NCBI RefSeq assembly: GCF_009834535.1
Contig: NC_045717.1
Span: forward strand, 17,608,001 to 17,672,000
Source of the DNA: Camelus ferus
Lineage: Eukaryota
DNA: 64,000 bases
Direction: 5' to 3'
Shown one piece after another: positions 24,144-35,868 of the stretch. The translations under genes and the position numbers were made by a program. The notes beneath the pieces are model-generated. The model did not search any database. It was not told the origin of the DNA and saw nothing but the letters and a program-made list of their open reading frames with translations. Positions within the stretch are counted from its first letter, which is position 1; the number at the start of each line of letters is the position of its first letter.

Positions 24144-27100
24144 CTAGCAGTAACCAGGGGCGAAGGGTGGTGGTGTGTGGTACTCCTCGGGGAGCCAGTC
24201 ATCCCGTGGTTCTTTCAAGTCTCTTGGCTCTGGTTTGGACGCCTGTGAGGACAGGGCTCTCACTATTGCCCGGCGCCAACCCCTGACCCTTGGGGTCACC
24301 TCGTTCCAGCTGGCCGACCTCAAGGCCTTCCTTGAGGGGTCATCTTTGTTTCTTGAAGCCTGGGGCTGTGAGGGGCTTTGGAAGGATGTGGCCACAAAGG
24401 GGTCCATGTAGAAGTTATCTTTCCAGGCTGAGTCACCTGCCCCAGCTCCTGAGCCGTGGGTCACCCCCGCTGGCCTGGTGTCCTGGAGTGATGAGGAGCG
24501 CACAGCCACCAGGTGGGATTTCAGCTGCTGCTGGACCTTCTTGCCTGTCTGGGGGAGCATCTTGAGGTTCTTCCAGAGTTTCTGGCAGGTCTCCTCAAGA
24601 GGGGATTTTTGGGGGCAGGAGGAAGCAGCTTCCTCCATGGATGCCCCATCCAGCTCTGCCGTCGGCTTCCTTTCCTTTGGCTGATGAAGCAGGACTGGCT
24701 TTGCAGAGGCCTGAAACCAAGAGCAGGTGAGACCTGTGGCCACCCTGCCTGCCAAAGCTCTGAATCTGCCCCCCAAATTGGGACTTGGGTCCCACCTAGA
24801 CACCCTGGGGCCAAGAAAGTCCCCATGAAACCCCAAACCTGATCTCACACGCCATCCTCCCCCTTCAATAAATGGCTCCAGTGTCTGCCCCAGTGGTCAC
24901 CTAACTTTTCCCATAAAGGTTCAGAGAGCAAATGTTTTCAGCTTTGCAGGTCATACAGTTTCTGTCTCATTACTCAGCTCTGTGGTTGTGGGAGCAGAAG
25001 CAGCCAGAGATTATATGTTAACGAGCCAGTGTGCCTGTGTCCCAAGAAAACTTTATGGACACGAAATGTGAATTTCATCTGATTTTCATGGGTCATGAAA
25101 CACTGTTTTTCTTTTGATTTTTTTTTTCAACCATTCCAAAACATAAAAGCCATGCTTAGCTGGCAGCCCATATGGAAATAGGCAACAGGCCGATGTGGCC
25201 CCTTGGGTGATAGTTTGCCAGCCCCATATCTACCCGGTTTTTCAGGCCAAAGACTTAGGTGTCATTTGTGGCAGATGCTGTCAATGCCCCAGCCATACCC
25301 CTTTGCCCTGAGCATTTCAGTGCTCCCAGCTCCACTCCCAAACGCCAGCAGCAGGGACTCTGTCTGGGGGACTTCTCTGGCCACGTGGCAGATCTGAGGT
25401 ACCAGAGAATGAAAATCTCCCAGGGGCAGTGCTTGACCAATGACTGATGGAAGGTGGAGGATCAGTACCCCAGCCTTGTGCCCCTCAAGTGGGATAACTG
25501 AAGTGCAGGTTCCACGCAGAGTCCACAGGCATAATCTGCTCACTAACACACCCTCCCTTGGCTGCCCTCTCTCCTAATCCACTTTCCCTCCCCAAAGCAG
25601 CCCCTCCTGGGATTGCTTTCCAAATAATGGAGGATGGGGCACTCAAGCCATGACAATGACCCTCTTCCCCTCACTCTCCATTTTCAAGGCATCAGCAAGC
25701 TCCACCCTCAGGGCTTCCTTTCCAGTCTCTCCCACCTGTCCCTGCCTCCTTCCTGCCCCCCCGACAGCCCCTTCTGCAGCTGGCAGCCACACGGAACATT
25801 TAACACCATCAATCCAGTTAAGCTCAAGCTCTCTCACAGCACACCTGGAACAGATCCCAGCTCTTCCCCCTGGCCCCGAGACCCTGCATGATTGGCCCCT
25901 GCTAACCCTGGATGGCCCTTTTGCTCATGCCACTCCATCCACACATTGGCTTTTGCTGTTCTGTTTTTCACACTGAATCTCAGGGCCTTTGCATGTGCTC
26001 TGCCCGCTGTCTGGGATGCTCTCTCTGCATCTCTGTGTGGCTGGCTCCTCCTCATCCCGCCTGTCCCAGCTCTATGCCACCTACTTCAGGAGGTCTTCCC
26101 TGACTGTTCCTCTCACTCCCCTACCAGCAAACTCACTGATGTCCATCAGACCAGCCCCTGTTTCATTTCCACTACTGTCAAAACTTCTCTGCCATGCAGG
26201 GGGCCTGAAGGGCACACAGGCCTCGACCTCAGGGCATCTGGAGGTCCAATCATTCCCTGAAAAGCTGGGGTTTGTTCATTTATTCATTCATCTACTCCAC
26301 AGATTCATTAGTTGAACACCTTTGATGTGCCAGGTCCTCTCTGAGGTATGGGAAGAGCAGAGGTGAACCAGCTAGACAGATTCCCAGGCCTCCCAGGGCT
26401 CCCAGTCTGATGGGGGAGGCAGGTAGGAAACATGAAAACCCATAAGTAAACAAGACATTTCACATTTTGAGGAATTCTCTGCTGCAAATAAACAGGATGA
26501 TGTGAGAGAGAAGGCAGGGGGCAACTGAGTCTGGAGACTGGGGAGGGAGACAGCTGAAGAACTGACGGAAGAAGACAGGCATGGGAAATCTGGGGGCAGA
26601 GCACACAGCACATGCACAAGCCTTGAGGCTGGCTCAGCATGTCTGAACGACAGAAGGGTTGGCAAAGGGGCTGGACTCGGCTGGCGGTGGGTAGGAGGAG
26701 CTGAGGTTGGAGCTGGGATTTCAATCACAGTGCCTCAGGAAATCACTGGAAGGTTTTCAGCTTGGAGCTACAGAATCTAATCCTGATTCTAGAAAGTCTC
26801 TTCTGGCAGCTGTTGGCCATCTCTGCTCCTGCATCGCCTCCCTCCCCCCACCCCCTTCCAGATTGGAGGTGCCAGCTTTCTGTCACATACCTCTTCAGGT
26901 GCGGCCACTGGATGGGAGGAGGAATTCAGATGTTTGCTGGGGCTGTGGGTGGAGCTGCCGGCTTCCTCAGCCAATGCAATGGAGTAAAGGAAGAGTTCCT
27001 CATAATCTACGTATGCAGGATCCTTCTGCGGGCAGAGGGGGAACCTGCAGCTCAGTCCCAAGGAGGGGGAGGGATTGGGTCTAGGGTTCCAGCTCCCATA

Positions 27101-30100
27101 AGTCGGGGCTCAGAGGTGCTCCACCTACACACCTTGTAAAGAGGCATGCCCTCCCACAGCAGCTACGGAGAGCTGGGCCCCGCCACTGGGCCTTATGGAA
27201 ATATGCCCCTCCCATAGCAGCTTTTGGGGGCTAGACCCCGCCCACTGGGCCTAATTAGGAAATATGCTGCACTCCCAGCCGCTTGGCTTCTCTGGGGGCT
27301 AGGCCACGCCCACCAATCCTTAAGGAGATATGCCCTTCCCACGGCAGCTGCTGAGGGCAAGGCCCTGCTCTGTGGGCCTTTACGGAAATGTACAATTCCC
27401 ATAGGTCAGCCAAGGTTAGACTGGCACATATGAAAAAAAATCAGGCGGGGACCAAAGACCAGGAGGGCCGGGCCACAGGGGAAGGGGACAACAAGAGTGA
27501 CAGAATCACAAGAGGCTGAGGGGGGCATGTGGGAGCAGAAGAGTCTAGGGCACTTGGACCTTGGGAGGACAGCTGTGGCCCTTGTGGGTCCCAACCCTCA
27601 CCTGCCCGCAAGGCTGCGTCAGCAGATCCCCGTGCGGCTGCATCGGCCGCTGCTGGTAGAAGGTGACCAAAGCGTCTAGAGAGGCGTGGGCTCTCGCCTC
27701 CCCAGGGATCATGAAGCTCCCATCGTCCAAAAGTTTCACCATGAAGTGGTGGCAGCAGTTTTCGGCTCTGCGGAGACACTGCTGGGGCTCAGACATCCCG
27801 TTCTGTCTCATTCCATCCCCACCCCCAAGCCCTTGAGCTCATCAGGGCTGCAGTCCAGCTGCCCAAGCTCCCTTGTAAGCTCCTCCACTCATTAGCCATG
27901 TGATGCTTGGCAGGTGACTGCACTGTGCCTTAGTTTCCCTCTTTATAACATAAGGCTACTCAGGCTGATCTCAGGAGTTCTTGTGAAGATGGAACCAGCT
28001 ACTGCAGGAAAAAGCTGGCAAGAGGTGCCTGGCAAGGGGTAAATGATTGATAGAAATGATAACAGTGAAAATTGGAGTCAGGTCCCAGCCTAAGACTGTG
28101 TGCCTGGCACACAGCAGATACTCAATAAATGCTCCATTATTAATGAGTGGATGCATTTATGAATGGCCCATGATATGCTTCCTAAATCTCATTTAATCCT
28201 TACATCAAGACTTTTAATTTTAGCATTCCGCTGTTAGAGGTGAGGACTTTAGGGGAGGCACAGAAAGGCTGAGCAACTTGTCCAAGATCACACAGTGTGT
28301 AAGTGGCAGAGCCGAGCCTTGGACTGTGTGACTCAGGGCCTAAGCTTTTCTCCTCTATGGGTAGCTCTGTAATCGGGCCATTTAAAAAATTCCTTTGGCC
28401 TGGAATCCTTTTGAAAAGTAGTTTGTGCTGCTGAATCCTCTGAGATGCCGATTCAGGCATTGAGATTTCAAGGAGCCGGGCTGCTCTGGTTTCCCTAACA
28501 TGAGATAGTTGCTATTTAGATGGTGGGGGAGAGGGGTAGTTGCGGGGAAAGGTGGCTCCCAGCAGCCCCTGTTCTCAGACACACTGTCTCAGTTATCACC
28601 AGGCCCAGGTCTGCTGGTTACAGCCAGACCTACAGCCACTCACTCTTTAGTGAGATCTGGTCAGAGCTTCACACTGGTTACTCACTGAGAAACTGTGGTA
28701 TGAAGCACCCTTTGCCCCAACTCAAGGAAGCCCTGGAGCCCTCCTGCCCCTGCCCTGGCCCCTAGCCCAGGCCTTACTTGTAAGAGAGTGTGTAGCCCAC
28801 GTGGCTGTGACTGACCCTGATGAGGAAGGATCCCAGTGGCTGTGATTCCAGCAAGTTCTCGGCATCTCTGGAAGGGCACACACAGGAGAGAGATGGCTAA
28901 GGTCCAGGTGCCCAGCATACTGGTCAGTCATCCCAGTGCTGGTGCCCCCGTGAACAAACAACCTAAAACTTCTTTTTTTTCCTCTCCTGATTGTTTCAGA
29001 CCTTTGGATAATCAGGGACAGGGATGTTCCCCAGAGGTGGCAGGAGGCCTCTGATGACCTTGACCATCTTCCACAACCCCTGCTCTCCTTCCCAATGCCT
29101 GGAAGGTCCCCATTAAGGCACCTTTGGTTCGCTCAAGGTGTCACAGGTAATAAAGCAGGAGCTGTTCTCAGGTACGTTTGATTTCAAGACCCAGCTCTGC
29201 TGCTCATTAGCTCTGTGACCCCTGGCAAGGGTCAGTCCCTTTCTGACCTCCAGCTTCCTTATGGGAAAAGTAAACCTTTATTCTCGGGGCCCACGTGAGG
29301 ACAGATGAAACGCATGCAGTGTGAGGGTGGGAACCGCCATCTGGTAAGAACTCACAAGATGCTTACTGTTATGATTACTATTATCCCGGGATCACACGGA
29401 GTGAGGCAGCCTTCTCTGGGACAAGATGGGGACTTTGGACCCTCCAGTACAGAGCCCACTGGCCATGTGTGGTGCTGTGCACTTGAAATGGGGCTGTAGG
29501 GACTGAGATGTGCTTTTAGCAATCAATATGTGCCCGATTTTGAGGGCTTAGTGCTCGCTACTTGTCAAAATGAGAATATCTTGGATATCCTGGGTTAAAT
29601 AGAAGATATGATTAAAATTAATTCCACCTGTTTTTTAAATGTCTTTTAATATAGCTACTAAACAAATTTAAAATTGCAACGAGCAGCTCACATTATATTT
29701 CTATTGACATACTCCAGAACGCAGAAACCATGCCCAATTCCTCCTCTCTGTGGCTTTCACAATGTTTTCTCAATTTCCTGTTGGAAGAATGTGGCAATAA
29801 CTGTTCTTTTTGCCATTTATTTAGAGCCAGTCCCTGGGGGTGGGTGATTAGGTGGATTTGTTCATGTCCTCAGAGCTCAGTCTGACATAGCAAGTGCGCA
29901 TGTTACAGCTCTGATGGATTGAGAGCAGCTGTTTGGGGCACTGTGTTAAGAAGGATTCTGAGGCTGCATCCCACCATCATAGATTGGTGAAGCTGCATCC
30001 CCACCTGGGTAAGGTTGTGGGGCGGGGGCGGGGTGGAGCTGTCAGGTCCAGTAACTTGCCCGAGGTCACAAAGTGAGTCCCTAGAGGGGGCAAGGATTCA

Positions 30101-30373
30101 AGCCTGGGATTCCAGAGTCTTTTCACCTACACTGTTAACAAACTTAGCTGAGCTAAGTCCAGAATTCTGCAGTGTGAACATGCCCAGGGTGGGGGCAGAC
30201 AAGGAAAGAGGGTGAAGGGCAGGGTAGAAGGTGTGGGTGCATCCTTACTCTCTCGAGATAGCCCCATGGAACCACTCAGGGACCCCTCCATGGGCCAGTT
30301 GGCCCATCTGCGTCTGCACAAACCAGGCCAGTCGTGGAGGCAGTGGTGGGGGCAGCTGTCTGGCCTCTGTCAT
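24144..30373 (-). CDS. HSH2D: Hematopoietic SH2 domain-containing protein (ALX), 360 aa, 5 coding exons
   Basis: Exons 30373-30249 (acceptor at 30399-30398, 24 nt of UTR), 28867-28778, 27767-27602, 27025-26891, 24710-24144 (1083 nt), all GT-AG. [61 protein letters not shown] (SH2) ... LPEEYHTPPPFAPGYC*. Confidence 0.94.
24893..25226. mobile_element. MER58-like hAT DNA transposon in HSH2D last intron
   Basis: aacttttcccataaagg..ttcagctttgcaggtcatac..aaaactttatggacac..atagtttgccagccc. Confidence 0.6.
27132..27405. repeat. degenerate tandem repeat, about 59-bp unit, about 4.5 copies
   Basis: Unit starts at 27132, 27191, 27250, 27318, 27377 (spacing 59, 59, 68, 59); shared core CCT(T/A)W..GGA(A/G)ATATGC..TCCCA..GCAGC..GGGCT..CC(C/A)CGCCCA. 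Confidence 0.8.
29440..29715. mobile_element. MER3-like hAT remnant
   Basis: ggccatgtgtgg..cacttgaaatg..gactgagatgtgc..ttaaatagaagatatgattaaaattaattccacctg..cacattatatttctattgaca. Confidence 0.55.
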
Positions 30374-31319
30374 GGCTTCCAGGGGACAGGCAGTGACCTG
30401 GGGGTGGGAGGGAGGAAAGAGAGTCAAGCCTGGTCCACCTCCCACCTTTGCTCTTTTCTTGAAGCTCATGGTGCCACCTCCTTTGAGAAGTCCTCCAGGT
30501 GGCGCAGAACAATGGGATTGAAATAGGCTTCTTGAGCACCTACTATGTGCTGGCACTTAGTGCATGGTCATTCATCGACTCCTCCCCTAAATCCCCCAAG
30601 GGTTTTCCCTTTTCCTTTTATTCTTTTTATGCCATTACAAGTCAGAATGTTCCTTTTTAGAAATATCTGTATTTAAGTTTAAAAACTGAGTTTATTTAAA
30701 TATTAAGTAAATAGCATTGTTCTTGGAGGGATGTAGAGATGGCAAAATGATAAGTGAGTGAATGAAATAGCAGATACCTTGTGGGTGCCATAAAGGGTTG
30801 CCATGGTTTCATTAAGCACTACAGAGACGTGGCCCCAAACAGTTGCTTCTGCCACCAGTGTCACCACGAGTGGCACATCTATAATGTACCAGGTGCATGG
30901 TTAATACACACTCATTCTCAACAGTTTTAAGCTCAGGTACCACTGGACTTTATGAGCCAATGACACAGAGCTGGAAAACAAAGAAAATAGCACCAATTTG
31001 CAAAACAGTATTAAGGCAATGAAACTCCAGCAAAAGGGTTGTGCCCTGCTGGAGTTGTCCACACAGGATCCCTTATTCTCGCTCTTAATTCCATCCCCAA
31101 ACTGGAGCTTGGGTCCGTCCCCTCACTGGTCTAATTTTTCAGTATCTCAGAAGGTCTTTGTTATCAAGCTGTTTCCACAGAGAGGGGCATGCTGACCAAA
31201 ACAGTCAATATTGACTGTCTCTTAACAGAGGACACACCCAACACACATGCCCTCTGGGGAAGGACCCAAAGGAATTCTGTGAAAAGTGAAATTAAATAGA
31301 TCTATTAAGAAATGTTTAA

Positions 31320-31440
31320 GGGGGGAAGGTATAGCTCAGTGGTATGCATGAGGTCCTGGGTTCAATTCCCAGTACTTCCATTAAAAACAAACAAACAAGC
31401 AAACAAATCTAGTTAACTCCTCCCCCCACCAAAAAAAGAG
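31320..31440 (+). mobile_element. Vic-1-like SINE with a 16-nt internal deletion
   Basis: Perfect 12-bp TSD AGAAATGTTTAA at 31308-31319 and 31441-31452; Box A and Box B retained. Confidence 0.88.
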
Positions 31441-34400
31441 AGAAATGTTTAATAAAGCAGAGTGACAAAGCAGTTAAGAACCCAATCAGAGCCAGACAGC
31501 CTGCGGTCAAACCCCAGCTCTTCCACTTAGCTTCTGTGTGATCTTGGGCAAGTCACTTAACCTCTCTGGGCCAGTAGTTTTCATCTGCAATTTGGGGATC
31601 ATGATGGCAATTACCTGAGAAGGTATAGTTGGCACAGAGCTAAGCACTGTACGTATATAATAAATATTCATGAATCCAGTAGTGACCTAGCGTGAGGTAA
31701 TGTTTACTGGGTTGTTCTTTTTACTACCTGGGAGAACTCCTATATAATCCTTCAAGACTCAGCAAACATATCCCTCCTCCAGGCAACTTTTGTGCCTCTT
31801 CTCCAAGACAAAGCCGTGGCACCCCTCTCTGGCCCCCTCCACATCAGCCCTAAGCACATCCTTGCTCTGCCCCAAACAGATCAAGCTCTCTCTCTGCTCC
31901 ATGCCTTCGTCCATGCTGTGCCCCTGCCAGGAACGCTCTTTCCCTAATTCCAGCTCTGTTTTCTATGGTCACCTGCCAGTACCCCCAGAAAATCCCTCAT
32001 GCCTCTCTGGACCCCGCCAGCCCCATCCCTCCTTCTGGCCCAGCCCGGTCCCCACATTCTGTCTTCTCAAGGCCTGAGAGGAGGCTGAGGCTCTTGGGGC
32101 CCCCGCCTCACCCAGCATGGGGGTGGGCACATAAGTAGGCACGAAGCTGACTGAGGGGGACCCCTGCTTTGGCACGTACCTGGGAGACTTCTGGGGGGCC
32201 TGAGGCCCTTATGCTGGCTGTGCCCGGCGTCTGCAGGAGCCTGGGTTTCGGTTCAGGGTCTGCACGTCAGCGGGGCGGGGCCGCTGCCCCAGATGGTTCC
32301 TGTTTCCTTAAGCAGGTGAGCCCTGGGCGGGGACTGGGACAACCCCCTTCTGCCCCCATCTGTAGTCCAATCAAGCCACTGAGCTGCATGCAGGTAGGGG
32401 GACATCCTTGCTCCACTCAGACCGTGACAAGCCTTAATTGAGCACCTATAGTATGTCAGAGCCTCAGGGGACAGAGAGGTTGACCTGAAAGCCAGGCATA
32501 GGCCCTGCCCTCCCAGCACCTATAACCGAGTGAGACGTGAAGGGGGTGCGATGTTGCTGTGTCGAAGTGGACAGCCTGCTGGGCGGGGGGGCTGGAGGTG
32601 CAAGAACCCCCAGAGGGGGCCCAGCTGATCAGGAGGAAGGGGCGCCAGGGGACAGGTTGGAGTCAACTTGATTAGGGGAAGGGAGTTTTGCAGAAAATGT
32701 GCTCTGGGGGAGGGAACAGCATGAGCAAAAGCCCCAAGGCCTCACTGTGTGCAAAGGGCTGCAGTATGACTTCCTCTGTTGAAAAAAAAATTACATTTTA
32801 TGACCGCATTGACATCAAGACCCATGTAGCCCAGGCTGAATTCATTTCATATATTTAACATTATTGTAATTCGTTTTTTCCTTCTAATTAAAAAAAAAAA
32901 AAACTAAAGCATTTTGCAGGCCCCAACACACGAGCTGTGGACCCTGAATGTGGGAACCCCTGCCTAACAGATCAGCTAGCCTCAGATGTGTGCTGGCTGC
33001 CTCACCCCTCCCAGCACCCAGGCAAAACCACTTCCTCCTCCCTTTATGGGCAGAAACGGCCCAGATCCTTGTGGCTGAGCTGAAGGCCTCCCCGCAGGCC
33101 TATCGCCCTGGCCCAGCTGGTCTAGTTAGCCCCCACTGCAGGCTCAAGCTGTATGTCCCCACTGCCCCCTGCTCCAGTGGTTTTGGGGGCTTGGGGGGTG
33201 GACTTGGTCTGGAGTCTGCAGGTCAACTAGGCTCAAGCAGGAAACATGGAACCTGTGCTTCTCACTCACCCTCTACGTGGCCTTGGGTGAGTCACTCAAA
33301 CCCTCTAGGCCTTAAAAAAAAAAAAAAAAAGCCAAAAAATTTTTAAAATTCTCCAGGCCTCAGTTCCCTCCTCTGTGAAGTGAGCGTGAGACGTGATGAT
33401 GATCAGGAGAGACAACCTTCAAGTGTGCAGCATGGCGCTCAGCTAAGAGCGATAATGTTAGGACTCTTCACTGTGACTTAAGCTGATGGCTTTGTGCCTG
33501 GCGTGGGGGGAGACGCAAGCTTGGGCGCCAGGTCTCATGAGTTGGGCCACCTTGGCAACTCACTTCACCTCTCTGATCCTCCATGCCTTTCACGGCCCAA
33601 TGGATCCAGCCTCCATGAGAGGAGCAATGCCGTTAGGGAGGGGATCAGAGACCGTTTTCACTTCGAAAGCCTGGCCACTGGGGATCTCATTCACACAGAG
33701 TTCAGTCCACAGAAACATGGCACATTTCAGTCCACTTCTGGCCCGCCCCCCTGAGGCCCCACCACTGAGGGGGCCGCCCTGATTACCCTGACCTGTTTGG
33801 AGGATGTGGTCTTTCACAGACGAATGCCCTCCCTTGAGACTGTCACAACAGAATCATCCCCCACCTCTCGGAGACCAGAATCTTTGAAACTGCGAACAGA
33901 CATGTGGCCCTCAGAGGAACTTTCCAGAAGGGGACCAGCAGGGAGAGAGTGGGGCTGGTACTCAAGGCTCTGCTCCTCCAAAGTTAGGCCCTTCCCCTTC
34001 CAAAGTCAGGTCTGGGCTCCTCTGAGTGGGACAGTCACTGGCCCCATGTGGGGTGGCCCTCGGGATAGGAGGCCACAATGGTGTCTAAGCCCTGGGATAC
34101 ACTAAGGCTGTGGATGTCAGGGGTGGGGAAGTCCTGAGGCTCTGTCAACTCTGGGCTTTATGCAATTTCATGGTTCTCTTGTCGTCCAATGCCTCCATTC
34201 TGTTAATTCATTCATCCACTGATTCCACAAACACTGGCTGAGTCCCAACTGCAGGCACCATGCTCGATTCTGGGTATGAAGCAGAAAACAACAACAAAAA
34301 AAACCCAACAGGCATGGTCCCTGCCCTGCTGGTCCTGCTCATGGTCCCTGGGGAGAGATGCCGCACAAGTCCACACGCAGGAGAGCCTGGCGGAAGAGGA

Positions 34401-34478
34401 AACAGCAAGGGCAGAGGCCCTGGGATAGGAACAAACTTGGCACGCTTGAGAAGCAAACAGGCAAGGTGTCCCAGAGGT

Positions 34479-34912
34479 GGAGACAACCCAAATGTCCATC
34501 AGTGGGTGATCTCGTAAAAGTTGTGGTCCATCCACACAATGGGATAGTCCTCGGCTATAAAAAGGGATGGGGCTCCGATACACTACGACACGATGGATGT
34601 CGAAAACCTTACGGTAAGTGAAAGAAGCCCGATGAAAAAGGCCATGTTGTGTGTGATTCTATTTACATGAAATGTTTAGAACAGGCAAATCCATAGAGAC
34701 AGAGTAGACTAGTGGCTGCTGGGGGCTGGGGGTGGGGGGAATGGGGAGTGACTGCTCATTGGATACTGGGTGATAAAAATGTTCAAAAATTGACTGCAGT
34801 GAGGGTGGCACGAGGCTGTGAATATCCTAGAAGTTACTGAATTGCACACCCTGGTGGGTGAATTGTATGGTGTGTGAACTGCAGCTCAATAAAGCTATTA
34901 AAAAAAAAAAAA
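34479..34912 (+). mobile_element. L1MB-like 3' end
   Basis: acaacccaaatgtccatcagtg..gattctatttacatgaaatg..ggcaaatccatagagacaga..ctcaataaagctatt plus poly-A. Confidence 0.75.
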
Positions 34913-35862
34913 AGCCAAGGTGTCATCTGTCCCTGTACAAGGGCATGGTAGTGAAGGAGCCACCCCATCGAAGTCCTTAGAAACAAGGAAAAGTAGTGAC
35001 TCTGAGCAAGAGGCTGGGTATGAGGTGGGCCTAAGGAGTTCCAGGACTCCACCTGACCTGGCTGGGGGGGGGGGGGCGCTGTGGAAATTTGGGGTGTTAT
35101 GGGGCAAACACTTAGAGTTTGAATTTGTCAGTTATTTGGATGACTTGTTCCCCGTTAGAGACAAGAAGTAAAAAGAGAGGTGAGTTTTTCTCTTGGGGCA
35201 AAAGATGAATAATGATGCAAATGATAATGAACATGACGATGATGCTGCTGACAACGTGACAGCAGCTGGTCTGGGACACACCATCTCACCAGCTCTGCAC
35301 AGCCATCCTGTGAGGTGGGAACTGGGATCACACCCATTCTACAGATGAGGGAACTGAGGTTCAGCCCATGGTTGTGCTGTGGGTCTGAAGCAGGATCTCG
35401 GGGAGGAGGGGTGCTCCTGAGAGGTCAGGTGCTCCTGAGAGGTGAGGAAGGGGGCTCAGAACGGAGCACTCAACTTGGCAAAATGAGTGCCAGGGGGATG
35501 AAGACCAGAGACTCTTGGTGGCATTATGGGAACTGGTGTTGACTGAGTGACTTACGCAGGGGGTGTGGGCGGCGCAGTGAGTGTTTGGCGGGGGACGGGG
35601 AGGAGGGGAGCTGAGAAGCTTATTTTCCCAAGTCAGTCTTTTGATAATGGTGGCATCTTCTCAGAGCTCGGGGGGACCTTCTCCTCTAGCCTGGGGTAAC
35701 CCACTGCCTCTACTTTGATCTTGCCCAGACTTGAGGCCCCTGTTGGCCTGGGCTGTGTTTTAAATAGTGGGCATCCTGTGACCCCACCGCCCAACATCTG
35801 GCCATCTCCGTGTACCTACATGGAAAATGTGGACATAAACATCCGTTAACTTTAAAATGAGC

Positions 35863-35868
35863 TTTAAT
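35863..35868 (-). terminator. candidate RAB8A poly(A) signal (ATTAAA)
   Basis: About 1.3 kb past the stop; GU/U-rich sequence downstream on the minus strand (ggatgtttatgtccacatttt). Confidence 0.5.

Noticed and set aside
31023-31056. Hairpin AACTCCAGCA..TGCTGGAGTT with a small inner stem
   Set aside because: About one 10-bp inverted repeat with a short spacer is expected by chance in 64 kb; too short for a pre-miRNA.
35410-35445. 18-bp tandem duplication GGTGCTCCTGAGAGGT(C/G)A; a similar 17-bp duplication at 63214-63247
   Set aside because: Ordinary slippage duplications with no functional context.
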